NCBI RefSeq assembly: GCF_963921235.1
Contig: NC_086098.1
Location: forward strand, 235,910,001 to 235,974,000
Length of the DNA: 64,000 bases
Direction of reading: 5' to 3'
From: Mobula hypostoma
Taxonomy: Eukaryota
This document shows positions 36,240 through 49,225 of the stretch, piece by piece. The translations under genes and the position numbers were made by a program. Under the pieces are notes generated by a model. The model ran no database searches, was not told the DNA's origin, and saw nothing but the letters and a program-made list of their open reading frames with translations. Positions within the stretch are counted from its first letter, which is position 1. Every line of letters starts with the position of its first letter.

Positions 36240-38620
36240 GTGATTGTATTCAAAGACCCGGGGGAGAATTGAGAAAAGGAGAAGGCAGGATAATAGGATC
36301 TGATAAATTATTTGATAAAGTTCCATCTGGAGGTTGGTCCAAGTGATTCAGTCGCTTGACATCGATGTTGAAATACCCAATTGTATCTAACATTGCCCTG
36401 GTAGGAGAACCTAGAGAGTGGTAGCAGGTGGTTGTCCGGCTGACTGGCAACATTTAACTAGTGGTGTTACACAGGTATCGATGCTGGGTCCGTAGTTGTT
36501 GATCATTTATTTTAATAATGTAGATGGTAATGTCATAAACTGTATTAGCAATTCTGCGTGACACCCAGATGGGGACGTAGTCGATAGTGAAGAAGGCTAT
36601 TAAAACTGGCAGCATGAAATTGAGCAGCTGGGAAAATACGCTGAAAATGGCAGATGATATTGGAGACGATTGTTAAGGATGTAGTTTCGGGGTACTTGAA
36701 GGCACGTGAAAAAACAAGCATGATATCCTCAAGGGAAAATTTTGTCTCACAAGTGTATTCCAAAGGACTGATGTATTCCAAAAACGAAGAAATACTCACA
36801 TGGCAAAATAGTACAACCGTGGCTGGCAAGGGAAATCAAAGCTAATGTAAAAGCAAAAGAGAGGGCATACAACAAAGCAAAAAATTGCAGGAAGATAGAG
36901 GATTGGGGAGCTTTTAAAAGCCTACAGATAGCAACTAAAGGAATCATTAGGAGGAACAATGTGAAATATGAAAGCAAACAAGTAAACAATATCAAAGTTG
37001 AGAGCAAAAGCTTTTTCAAGTGTGTAAAAAATATAAGAGTTTAGACAGCTAAAAAATTAGGCCGGAGAAATAATAACGGGGGGGGGGGGCAAGGAGATGG
37101 CGGATGAGCGCAGCTACTACTACAAGAGAGATGTTCAAAAAGCGGAAAGAGCAAAGGTTACATGAGGCACCCGAACCAGATGAACTGCACCGTAAGGTTC
37201 TGAAAGAGGTAGCGGTAGAGATTGTACTGACCCCAATTAGTACTGACGTTTCGAAAATCTTTCGACCCTGGCATGGCGCCAGAAGGCTGGAAAATTGTAA
37301 TTGTCACCCTACTCTTTAAGAACGGAGGGAGGCAGCAGAAAGGAAGTTATAGACCAATTAGCCTGACCTAGTGTTCGGGAAGCTGTTGGAGTCAATTGTT
37401 AAGGATGAGGCTATGGAGTACTTAGTGACACAGGTCAAGATAGGACAATATTCGCATGATTTCATTAAGGGAAAATCTTGCCTGACGAACCTATTAGAAT
37501 TCTTTGAGGAGATTACAAGTAGAATTGATAAAGCGGTTGCAGTGGATATTGTATATTTGGAGAAGGCCACTGACAGGGCGCTACGCATGAGGCTGCTTAC
37601 CAAGTTAAAAGCCCATTGTATTATAGGAAAGTTACTGGCAAGGTTAAGAGCATTGCCTGATTGGTAGGAGGCAGTGAGTAAGAATTAAAGGATCCTTTTC
37701 TGGTTGACTGCCTCTTTTTATGCTGTATATAAATGATTTAGATGATGGAATAGATGGCTTTTTTGCCAAGTTTGCAGATGATCCGATTACAGGTGACGAG
37801 GCAGGTAGTGTTGAGGAAACAGGTAGGTTGAAGAAGTACTTGGATTAGGAGAATGGGCAAGAAAATGGCAAATCAAATACAACGTTGGAAAATGCATGGC
37901 CATGCGCTTTGGTCGTAGAAATAAATGTCCAGACTATTTTCTAAATGAGGAGAAAATCAAAAAATCTAAGATGCAAAGGGACTTGGGTATCCTTGCGCAG
38001 AACACCCGGAAGGTTAACTTGCAAGTCGAGTCGGTGGTGAGGAAGGCAATTGCAATGTTAGCATTCATTTCAAGGGGTCTGGAGTACAAGAACTGGGATT
38101 TGATGCTGAAGCTTTATAAGGCACTGGTGAGGCCTCAGCATGAGTATCAAGAACAATTTTAGGCTCCCCATCTAAGAAATGATGTGCTGGTCCAGAGGCG
38201 GCTCACAGATGATTCCGGGTATGAAAGAGTTATCATATGAGAAACGTTTGATGGCTCTGAGCTTGTACTCGCTAAAATTTAAAAGGATGAGGGGGGATCT
38301 CATTGAAACCTTTCGAATGTTGAACAGCGTAGACAGAGTAGATGTGGAAAGGATGTTTCCAATGATTGGGTAGTCAGGGACACAGGCTCGGGATAAAGGG
38401 GCGTCCATTTAAAACAGAGATTCGGAGAAATGTCTTTAGCCATGGGTGGTGAATTTGTGGAATTTATTAGCACAGGCAACTTGATGGGTTCTTGATTGGA
38501 CACGGCATTAAAGGTTACGGGTATAGTCCGGGGAGTGGGGCTGAGGGGTAAAAAAAAGGATCAGTATGATTGAATAGCGGAGCAGACTCGATGGGCCAAA
38601 TGGTTTAATTATGCTCCTAT
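36240..38620 (+). mobile_element. Mosaic of CR1 LINE ORF2 fragments and 3' end
   Basis: HDFIKGKSCLTNLLEFFEE, KFADD, YKALVRP, MRGDLIETFRMLN. Confidence 0.85.
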
Positions 38621-38819
38621 GTCTTATAATAGGCTCTCTCCTTTTAAGGGTCGGAGACCCAACAGTACAAGTGTCAAACAAGAGAAAATCTAGAATTGAT
38701 GGAAATCAGACTGCTGGAGGAACTCAGCAGGCCAGGCAGCATCTATGGAAAAGTTTTGGCCCAAGTCTATCTAACTTTAGCTGCTCACTTTTAAATTACA
38801 GGGTGCATTCAATCATATT

Positions 38820-39350
38820 ATGATCACCTCTCCTGAGGGTTCCAATATCTTAAGCTCCCCAATCAAATCCGATTCATTACACAGCATCCAATCCAGTATA
38901 GCCTTCCCCAAGTGGGCTTACCCGCAAGCTGCTCTACAAAGCCATCTCGCAGGTATTCTATAAAGTCTCTCTCGTGGGTTCCAAAAACAACACCAACCTA
39001 ATTTTCCCAATCTATCCCTGTATCGAAATCCACAATGACTATTGTAACATTGACCTTTTGACGTGCATTTCCTATTTCCATTTCTAATTTGTAGCTCATA
39101 TCTTGGTTACTGTTCGGAGGCCTGTATATAACTCTCTTCAGGGTCTTTTTACCTTTGCAATTTCTTAACTCTACCCACAACGATTCTACATCTTCCAATC
39201 CTATGACATCTTTCTGAGGATTTGATTTCATTTTTTATCAACACAGCCTCGCCATGCCTTCTGCCCACCTGCCTGTCCTTTCGATGCAATGTGTATACTT
39301 GGATGTTAATCTTCCAGCTATAATGTTTTTTCAGCAACGACTCAGTGATG
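38820..39350 (-). mobile_element. CR1 endonuclease fragment
   Basis: VESLWVELRNCKGKKTL...IYRPPNS...VDFDTGIDWEN. Confidence 0.8.
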
Positions 39351-40113
39351 CCCAGAACGTCAGCACCAATCTAACTGCGCTACAAGAGCGGCAAGGTAGA
39401 GTAGTAGTTAGTACAACTCTTTACAGTACAGGCAACCGGAGCTCAATTCCTGCCGCTGCTTGTAATAGGTTTGTACGTTCTCCCAGTGACCACGTGTGTT
39501 TCCTCACACAGTCCAAAGACGTACGGGTTGGTAGGTTAATTGATCATTGTAAATTATCCCTTGATTAGGCTCAGGTTAAATCGTGGGATTGCCTAGCGGC
39601 GTGCCTATTCGGCGCTGTATCTCAATAAATGAATAAGTATAAATCTTCTATCTTATTCCATATATTGCGTGTATTCAAATGTAACATCTTCAGTACTTCT
39701 TGTTGAAAGAGACCATTGCTTGTTACTAATGTGATGAGAAAGGTGTTTACACCGACCAGCCTTGTCTGAGTATTGGCGCAGACTCATCTCGTGCTTCCTT
39801 TTCTCGCCGATGGGAAATGAAACGAGTGCGGTGCACGCTTTCTGATCAAAGGTGTTGGGCTTTAAATGCCGACTGTTGATTTTGGTCAATGTTCAGGCTA
39901 TGGCATCCAGGTATTTGTACTAATATTAATCTGTGACTGTATGTGTTATCGTAACTAGATGTGTTGTGTGTGACTGTATGTACCGTGATTTGCACCTTGG
40001 CCCCGGAGGAAGGTTCTTTCGTTTAACTGTATACATGACTATAGTTGATTATAGCTGAATTTGAAGGTGAACTTGTTCTCCATTATTGTAGCCTGTAATG
40101 GAAACTCTCCAGT

Positions 40114-40420
40114 GTTGGCGCGTGGCAAAGTGGTTAAGGCGTCGGTCTAGTCATCTGAAGGTCGCTAGGTCGAGCCTCAGCTGAGGCAGCGTGTTGTGTC
40201 CTTGAGCAAGGCATTTAACCACATATTGCTCTGCGACGACACCGGTGCCAAGCTGTATGGGTTCTAATGCCCTTCCCTTGGACAACATCGGTGTCGTGGA
40301 GAGGGGAGACTTGCAGCATGGGCAACTGCCGGTCTTCCATACAACCTTGCCCAGGCCTGCGCCCTGGAAACCTTCCAAGACGCAAATCCATGATCTCACG
40401 AGACTAACGGATGCCTAAAA
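40114..40420 (+). mobile_element. tRNA-derived SINE, TSD aatggaaactc
   Basis: tRNA-like head with A/B boxes, CORE-like tccttgagcaaggcatttaacc; 11-bp repeat at 40097-40107 and 40420-40430. Confidence 0.85.
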
Positions 40421-41399
40421 ATGGAAACTCAGTTCTTTGAATGCAGCTCCCGCTACTCTGGAAAAACTCAACAGCATTCCAACCAAATGGACTGGTCCTA
40501 CAACACCGACCTAACAATGTACTCCCATCTCAATTGAGTTCCACCAGCGTGTGTTTTTTTTTTGCGTTGCTCGAGATTCGAGCATCTGCAATTGCTTGTG
40601 ACGCCAGTGCAATTATTCATTAACATAAGTAGTTTGGATCTACTGATACGCAGATGTTTTTCTGCCTAACAGTGAAGGCAAACAGGACGCTAATCAATTG
40701 CTATACACGCGCAAAATCGCAACAATCGGAATTTGAATTCCCTGTCAAACTGGGGTCCACGGGCCCCTCGGTTATTGGTAGGATCCATGGCATGTTGAAA
40801 GGTTGGGAACCCTTCGCCGAGAGGAACACTCACGATGCCCTACAGTTGCATTGATTGACCTCCAACCCCCAACTCTTTGCGCAAAGACTGATCTCAATGT
40901 CTGAGATGAATTGAAATTCTACCCAAGCCTGCATTCCTCAGACTTTAGAGACAATCCATCAGTCGATCTGGAGTTATACGCATTTTAGCGACAACCTGTA
41001 TTCGAAACACTGTATTTAACAAGCAATGCAGCGGCATGTTTCCTGCGGGTTTCTCCTAACCTCGGAGCTGAACGATGCGTTGACGATGCAATTTTGTGTA
41101 TGGCTGAGAGACTTTGTGAGGAGACTTTGGTAAGTGTGACCTTGAGCAGTTTTTATCTCAATTAACCATTGGGGCAGATAGGACAGACCGAATGACACAC
41201 CCCCCCACCCCACACACACACACACATACAGATGCTCCAGACAGAACCTGCCGATAGCGATGAGTAAAATCACTTTAGACCGAACATTTATAAATACTAT
41301 AAACCTGGATCTGTGACATAACTGGAGATTAAATATTTTTGAAATTAGAGGATAAGGTTTTAAAGATCAGTACGTTCGCTATTCATAGATTTCAAAGGA

Positions 41400-41620
41400 T
41401 GGGTGATACGTCTTCGCCCCCATCCTTTTTCTGGCGCCTCCCTTTCATTAAAATCCCGGTTAAGTTACAGACCTTGAGACTCCGGTTTGCAGACACTGGA
41501 ACCGGAGCTGCCTCTGCACTGTGCGGAAGGTCGGAAATTTGGGCGCTCGCTGTCTACACCTGTCCGGAGGAACGTCCTTAGCGCTGCATCTCCTGTGGGC
41601 TCTCCCGGTCCGTTTACTAA
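41400..41620 (+). pseudogene. Duplicated IgL promoter plus dead leader exon (ATG to ACG at 41572)
   Basis: gtttgcagacactggaaccggag matches the intact gene promoter; 49-nt leader homolog 41572-41620 followed by GT. Confidence 0.85.
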
Positions 41621-41844
41621 GTGACAACTAGGTTGATTCACGCACTAGTTATAAATTAAAATCCCGACTGTATGTCGCGTTTTTGCGCGCGTAAGCCGAT
41701 TGATGGGTGTCCTGTTTGCCTGAAGTTTGCCTTCCCTGTTCTCCAGGCTCCTAACGGTTTGCAGTGGTTAGGTCCAGTGCGGTCGCCGGAGACGGTGGTT
41801 CGGTCGGAAATTTGGGTGCTTGCTATCTTCACCAGTCCGAAGGA

Positions 41845-41893
41845 ATGTCCCCAGCACTGCATCCGCTGTGGGCTCTGCTGGTCCGTTTACCAG
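41845..41893 (+). pseudogene. Leader exon of IgL pseudogene MSPALHPLWALLVRLP
   Basis: 49 nt, ATG and CAG|GTGAG intact, homologous to 18682-18634. Confidence 0.9.
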
Positions 41894-42039
41894 GTGAGAG
41901 TCAGGTTGGTTCAAGTACAGATTATCCGCAATGAAATTCGTTGAACTTTTCATTCATGCTGATTTTCAGCGTCTTTAGCAACGGATCACACTCCTGTTGG
42001 CTCCAAGTCACCCGTTGGTGTTATTGTGTTTTATTGCAG

Positions 42040-42360
42040 ATATCCTAGCGGCTCCAGTCTTCAGTCAGACCCCACGGGACAGACCGTCCGCTCAGAGTGT
42101 CAGAAATGTTGGAAGTTACCGCATGGACCGCTACCAACAGCGTCACGGAGAGGGGTAATAGTGGGGTTCAGATTACGCACTGAGCTGATAATATTATTGC
42201 GGTGGACTGGGATTACAAACCATTCCCAACCGTCGAGAGAAGCCACCAGCGACAGTCACATCGGCATATTGGAGCCCTGACAAATACCAGCGTCACTGCG
42301 TAACGTGGGATAAACCGGTGAGTATGATCCTCGGTCCGGGTGCAATTTGAGATATAAAGA
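42040..42360 (+). pseudogene. Germline-joined VJ pseudo-exon (type I / sigma-cart IgL)
   Basis: Acceptor ttattgcag; DILAAPVFSQTP then deletions, frameshifts and stops; SQPSREATSDSHI; HCVTWDKPVSMILGPGAI*DIK; donor degraded to GCAAGT; no C exon recognised downstream. Confidence 0.9.
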
Positions 42361-42569
42361 GCAAGTGACTCCCTCGCTCCATTGCAAACAATTCCCATCA
42401 CAGTCGTTTTCATTCCTCACCTTCGGAGACTTCCCCGTTCCGCAAGTGTTGGCCCTGTACCTGCAAGGTGGAAGAGTTCGAACTACCTCATCTTGACGCA
42501 TGGGGCCATTCAGCCCTTCGAATCCACTCTAGCATTCAATTGTATGAACCTTTTACTCGCGGTACGCTC

Positions 42570-42880
42570 TGGTATTACACACAAAGTGCTGGAGGAACTC
42601 GGCAGGCAGGCAGCATCCATGGAAAGTGTCCTGATCACAAACACGAGAAAATCTGCAGATGCTAGGAATCCAAATCAACGGGCATAAGATGCTGGAGTAA
42701 CTCAGCGGGTCAGGCATCATCAATGGAAAAGAGTAAACAGTCGATGTTCCGGGCCGAGATCCTTCCTTGATGATGGGTTTCGGCCCGGAATGTCGACTCT
42801 TTTTTTTTTATCTTTTCATTATATGCTGCCTGACCTGCTGCTGTGTTTCTCCAGCATTTTGTGTGTGACTCTGGGTTTTC
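42570..42880. mobile_element. Palindromic (fold-back) chondrichthyan repeat
   Basis: tgctggaggaactc...gcagcat arms in inverted orientation; related copies near 3080-3200, 7530-7660, 15860-16015, 33770-33860, 38690-38760, 45000-45150, 50580-50765. Confidence 0.7.
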
Positions 42881-43299
42881 AGCATCTAGGAATCTCTCGT
42901 ATTAACGACACATCGGCATTGGATATCTTCGATCGACCTCAATCAAAGCAGCGAAGTTCATGTCGTGCGAAGCTCCGATACACCGATCCCTGTACAATTC
43001 GGGGTATCAACGAGACCAGCCGCGCCCACGCCGGCACCCGTCCCCCACTACCCTTATCTGTAACAATGTTTTCATCTGGAATAGTCCAAATATTTCCGGC
43101 TGCGGTAAAGACTTCCCCAGACCGCAGGGATTTTCGCTGATTCAAGTTTACACTAGGCCCAGTTTGTGACAAAGGATCACTTCATTTTGGCGGTAAAAAC
43201 GATACGGAAACGGCTGACTTTTAACAATTATACACTGACCTAATGTACTGGACAGCGGTCGGCTGGATAGGGAGTGAAGCGGGAGCACAGATGTTAAAC

Positions 43300-43700
43300 C
43301 ACTCTTTGAATAATGTATTCAGCTCTGGTCACTTCACTAGAGGAAGACCGTGGAAGCTTTTCAGAAGGTGCAGAGGAGATTTATCAGGACACATGTCTTA
43401 TGAAGAGAGTTGAGAGAGAGCTAGGACTTTTCTCTTTGGAGCGAAAGAGACTAAGAAGTGACTTAATTGATGTGTACAAGATGACAAGAGGCGTAGATAG
43501 AGTAGATGGCCAGTCATTTTCCCAGGGCAGAAATAGCGTATACAACGAACGTTATTTAAAGGTGATTGGGTGATATCTGAGGTTAGTTGTTTACCGAAAC
43601 TGTTCGGAGCATGGAACGCCCTCCCAATGGTAGGGACAGATGCATTAGGGACATTTCAGAAACTCTTAAATAGGAACATGGATGATAGAAGAATGGAGGA
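43300..43700 (+). mobile_element. CR1 LINE 3' fragment
   Basis: LGLFSLERKRLRSDLIDVYKMTRGVDRVD. Confidence 0.8.
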
Positions 43701-45929
43701 TTATATCGGAGGACGTGTACTGTACCGTAATATAATGTTCTATGTTCTATGAACGGGTTAACTTATAAGAAGCATTTCATGGAAACATTGGGAAAGATCG
43801 AATGGCGCAGCAGACTCGATTGAGTGAATGGCTTAATTCAGCTCCAATGTATTTTTTCTCCTCCCGCCACAAGGCTGTACCCGTTTATCCTGTTGCCAAC
43901 TTATATCAGCCCCAACACCCCCATCCTGCTCTTCGCCTCAACCTTGCCCTGTAGGAGTTAGACCCGCATGCTCACCCCTGACTTTCCCATTAGGAGTGTT
44001 ACACTGTGAGGGGGACTTAACCCTTTTATTCAACTCATGTTTCTCTCAGTCCATCTACACACAACGTCTCAAAGACCAAACAGCCTCCACCCAACTATCT
44101 GTCTTTTGATCATTTCCTCTTTCATGAAGCACGACATTCGCTTCAGTAATTTCTGCCGATTATCTAAAGTGGGTCCCGTCCGGACCGAAGCGTCTGCGCT
44201 GAACAATAGGGTGCCGTTTATGCAATACGTTACCGAGTACACAGACGGCGGAAGACAACTCCATGCACTCAAAGAATTTAATGTTTTCATGTAAAGGTAT
44301 TATTAATTAATATTGTTGATGTAGATTAAGTGAAGATACGCAGGGCGATCTTGGGTTCCAATTCCATTGAGATCGTGAAATACCGGCCGATTTGCACTAT
44401 TCGGCCCATCGAGTCCGTTCTGCCATTCCATCATGGCTGAATTATTTCCCCCTTCAACCCCATTCTCCTACCTTCTCCCCGTAACTTTTGATACCCTTAC
44501 TCATCAAGGACATATCAACCTCCGTTTTAAACATAATGACTTTGCCTCCACACACGTCCGTAGCTATGAATTCTGTAGATTCACCGCTATCTGTATGGAC
44601 CTACTTTACATCGAACGGAGATTCGGTGATGTTGCAGTTGGCGCGACGCTTTTACAGCTCGGGGCTTCGGATTTCGAAGCTGAATTCCAGAGTGATCTGT
44701 AAGGCATCTGAACTTCTTCCCCGTGGAGTATGTTGATTTTCTCCGGGTGCTCCTGTTTCTTCCCACAGTCCAAAGACGTCCGGTTAGTAGGTTACAATAA
44801 ATTATCCCACGGCTAGGGTTAAATCTGGGGTTGCTGTGCGGCGTGGCTCTAATACTATAAGTAACTGATTTGTGCTTTTCAGTTACAATCTGGCTGGTTA
44901 AATCACAATGCATGGTGTGATTGCAATGGAGAGGGTGTAGGGATTCACAGATTTTCCGGGTCTGGAACATTTTACCTGAGACGGGTAAAACTGAACACAG
45001 CAACACACTCTGTTCTCCAGTCCTGCCGAAGGGTTTCGGCCCGAACCGTCGAATGTGCTTTTTTCCATAGATGCTGTCTGGCCTGCTGAGTTCCTACAGT
45101 GAAAAAGTTTGTTGCTCGTATTTCCAGCATCTGCAGATTTTCTCTTGTTTTACATTGAACAGAGGGAGCTGAGGGAGATTTTATCGGAAGGATATAAAAT
45201 GATGACAGATCTCGAATAAATGAGAATGATTTATTTCCTTTGCAGTGAAGTGAAAAGCAATCAGTGAAAACACTAGAGTGCACAGTACAACCCACAGCCT
45301 GAAATGTTGGTGGAGCAGAAACCACTCCCCATGCACCCCACCACAGGATGGAGACATGGAATGTCCATGATGGGATTAGATTGGGGAGCTTTTGTTACTA
45401 GCACCAATGTCAAATGACCTCCCACATTTAATTCCTTGAACACACCAATGAGAAAGATGGTGAGTACAGCAACAACGTTTAAATGTATTTAGCCACGTAT
45501 GCAGTTGGGAAAGGTTTTGCGGGACAAAGAGCGGGATCAGATCGTTCGGCCCATCGCGTCTGCTCCGCCATTCCATCATGGCTGAATTATTTTCCTCCTC
45601 TACCCCATTCTTCTGCCTTCTTCCCGTAAGCTTTGCCTGTCTTACTAATCAAGAAACTATCAGCTTCCACTTTAAATATACGCATTGACCTGGCCTCCAC
45701 AACTGTCTATGGAATCCCACAGATTCAATGCTCTTAAAAGAAGTTCCACCTCATTTCTGTTCTAACGGACCAAACACAGGTGAACAAGTAGACACCTTCG
45801 CCAGCATGGACACGATGGGATGATGGGTCTGTGTAACTATTTGCTGTGGGGAGAGACTGTGCAGAAATTCTGCCCTACAGTACAAAACAGAATCTACTCC
45901 CCGGAACGTAAACCCACTCTGAGGTACAG

Positions 45930-46560
45930 GTTGTTCTCAGTGGTAAGGAAGGCAAGTACATTGCTGGCATTCATTTCGAAAGGATTTGAATATAAAAGCA
46001 ATGAGGTAACTGTGGGGTTTATAAGGCATTGGTAAGACCGCACTTGGAATACTGAGCAATTTTGGGCCCCTTACGAAAGAAAAGATGTGCTGACATTGGA
46101 GAGGGCCCAGAGGAGATTCATGGGGATGACCCTGAGAAAGAAAAAGTTTGCATATGAGGAGCGTTTGATGGCTCTGAGCCTGTACTCGCTGGAGTTTAGA
46201 AGAATGAGGGGGTCTCACTTAAACCTATCGAATATTGAAAAGCCTCGATAGAATGGACTTAGAGAAGACGTTTCCTTTTGCAGAGGACACAGCCTCAGAA
46301 TAGAAGGTCGTCCCGTTAGAACAGAAATAAGGAAGAATTCCTTTAGCCAGAGGGTACTAAATCTGTGGAATTCTTTGCCACAAACGGCTGTGGAGGCCAA
46401 GTCATTGGGTACATTTTAAGCGGGTATTGATATGTTCTTGATTAGTTAGGGTGTCAAAGGTTACGAGGAGGATGAGAGTGAGCATGGGGTTGAGATAGAA
46501 AATAATTCAGCCTTCTGGAATAGCGAAGAGACTCGATGTACTGAACGGTCTAATTCTCCC
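45930..46560 (+). mobile_element. CR1 LINE 3' fragment
   Basis: VVRKASTLLAFISKGFEYKS...; CR1 3' UTR. Confidence 0.8.
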
Positions 46561-46564
46561 CCTA

Positions 46565-49225
46565 CGATGGCATGCAAAAGTTTGGGCACCCCGGTCCAAA
46601 TTTCTCTTACTGGGAATAGCTCAGCGAGCAAAAGATGAACTGATTTCAAAAAGGCACAAAGTTAAAGATGACACATTTCTTTAATATTTTATGCAAGATT
46701 ACTTTTTTGTTTCTATCTTTCACAGTTTCAAAATAACGAAAAAGGAAAACGGCCCGAAGCAAAGGTTTGGGCACCCTGCATGGTCAGTATTTAGTAACAC
46801 CCCCTTCGGCAAGTATCACAGTTTGTAAACGCTTTCTGTAGCCAGCTAAGAGTCTTTCAATTCTTGTTTGGAAGATTTTCGCCCATTCTTCCTTGCAAAA
46901 GGTATTTAATTATGAGAGATTCTTGGGCCGTCTTGCATGCACTGCTCTTGAGGTCTATCCATGGATATTCGATGATGTTTAGGTCGGGAGACTGTGAGGG
47001 CCATGGCAAAACCTTCAGCTTGCACCTCTTGAGGTAGTCCATTGTGGATTTTGAGGTGTGTTTAGGATCATTATCCTGTTGTAGAAGCCATCCTTTTTAC
47101 ATCTTCAGCTTTTTTTTACAGACGGTGTGATGTTTGCTTCCAGAATTTGCTGGTATTTAACTGAATTCATTCTTCCCTCTACCACTGAAATATTCCCCGT
47201 GCCACTGGCTGCAACACAAGCCCAAATCATGATCGATCCACCCCTGTGCTTAACAGTTGGAGAGGTGTTCTTTACATGAAATTCTGCACCCTTTTTTCTC
47301 CAAACATACCTTTGCTCATTGCGGCCAGAAAGTTCTATTTTAACTTCATCAGTCCACAGGACTTGTTTCCAAAATGCATCAGGCTTGTTTAGAAGTTCCT
47401 TTCCAAACTTCTGACACTGAATTTTGTGGTGAGGACGCAGGAAAGGTTTTCTTCTGATGACTCTTCCATGAAGGTTATATTTGAGCAGGTGTCGCTGCAC
47501 AGTAGAACAGTGCACCACCACCCCAGAGTCTGCTAAATCTTCCTGAAGGTCTTTTGCAGTCAAACGGGTGTTTTAATTTGCCTTTCTAGCAATCCTACGA
47601 GCAGTTCTCTCGGAAAGTTTTCTTGGTCTTCCAGACCTCAACTTGACCTCCACCATTCCTGTTAACTGCCATTTCTTAATTACATTACGAACTGAGGAAA
47701 CAGCTACCTGAAAACGCTTTGCTATCTTCTTATAGCCTTCTCCTGCTTTGTGGGCATCATTTATTTTAATTTTCAGTGTGCTGGGCAGCTGCTTAAAGGA
47801 GTCCATGGCTGCTGATTGTTGGGACAACGTTTGAGGAGTCAGGGTATTTATAAAGCTTTGATATTTGCATCGCCTGGCCTTTCCTAACGATGACTGTGAA
47901 CGTCATAGCCCTAAAATGTCATAAGAGGGGTGCTGAAGCGGACCCAAATACAAGACACAGACACTGACGTACTGGGAACTGGACTTGACTAGAGTTAGGA
48001 ACGGGACTGGACGCAGACTAGGAGCTGGGACAGGAACACAGACTTGGGCTAGGACTTTGGCGAGGAAAGCGGGACCAGGACAAGGAACTAGGAGCTAGGA
48101 GCCTGGGCTTGGACTCCGAGCCAGAGACTGGACAAGGTCCCAGAACCTGGGTCTTGATTCGGCTCGGACCCCGGAACTAGGCGAGGGCATGACGTGGCTA
48201 CAGGACTGGACGCAGGCTTGGGTTCTTCGAGGCTTTCCTGGGCAGGACGAGGTACTCCTTCTTGGAACGCAGGGCCGGGATGCTTTCGTAGGGCCGGGCC
48301 CCTTCCTTGGACGCCGAGCCGGGATGACTGCCGAAGTAAACCGCCGAGGAAACTGACAGAGATTCAGATGGGGAGGGGAAGAGAACAGTCCTGCCTCAGG
48401 GGAACAGCAAAGACGGCCTGACTTACCCAACGGAGGCAAGGACAGGAAGGGACAGATCCAACCGCAGGGTAACGGCAATGACGGCCTGACTTACCTCATG
48501 GAGGCAGGGACAGAAAGGGAGCTCACTCCAGGGTGGCTCCAAGTCTCAGGGCGGCCGGCAACCTTGACTAGCTACGGAAACAGCCGAATCCATATCTAGC
48601 TCGGAGTGGTAGACGGCCACTCAGCTGGCCCCGGAAACAGCCGAATCCATACCACAATAACTGCTCCGACTAGAGAGAACAAGGCTGCATGAAGCGGTGG
48701 TCCTCCAACCAGGCCTAGAGTTCACGCATGGCTGTTCTAGCCTTCCACCGACGGGTTGCTCCAAGGGGATACTGACGAGACGAACCAGCCCCTACACTCG
48801 ATCCCAGGGCCAATTATATTCCCCGCCTCAAAACGAGCATCAGGTGCCTATGATTAAGCCCAGCTGAAACAAGGGGCCCGGAAGACCCGGAGTGCAGAGT
48901 CCACGGACCGGACCGTGAACCGGAATGCGTTCTCCATGAACCGTACCATGACATAAAAAGCTATTTGAGGTCTGAGACCTTGGTGAAACTTATCTGTGAG
49001 CTCAAATCTCTTGGGGTGCCGAAACTTTTGCATGGTGCTCCTTTCCCTTTTTTCACTCTAAGATTGTACAAGACAAAAATAATACTCTAATTTTGCTTAA
49101 AATTTTGGAAAGAATGTTTCATCTTTAACTTTATGACCTTTGGAGATCAGTTCATCTTCTGCTCACTTAACTATTCACAGTAACAGAAGTTTTGACCAGG
49201 GATCCCAAACGTTTGCATGCCGCTG
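46565..49225 (-). mobile_element. Tc1 DNA transposon with TA TSD, interrupted by solo LTR
   Basis: TA flanks at 46563-64 and 49226-27; TIR ends ..atggcatgcaaaagtttggg / cccaaacgtttgcatgccgctg; transposase pieces GYKKIAKRF, VLWTDEVK, WPSQSPDLNIIE. Confidence 0.93.
47917..48953 (-). mobile_element. Solo-LTR-like element (1037 bp), 5-bp TSD TAAAA
   Basis: TG...CA termini; TAAAA at 47912-47916 and 48954-48958; shares blocks with 30518-32025 and 63636-64000. Confidence 0.88.

Larger units (their letters stand above)
26500..36660 (+). repeat. Segmental duplication, copy B, interrupted by TE blocks 28210-33030 and 35330-36540
   Basis: Collinear with 480-4750 after removal of the inserts. Confidence 0.88.

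Noticed and set aside
40114-40190. tRNA gene
   Set aside because: It is the tRNA-derived head of a SINE with TSDs, not a standalone tRNA
42361-46500. Constant exon for the plus-strand pseudo-VJ
   Set aside because: No C1-set similarity seen; only weak intron-like similarity before CR1 fragments take over
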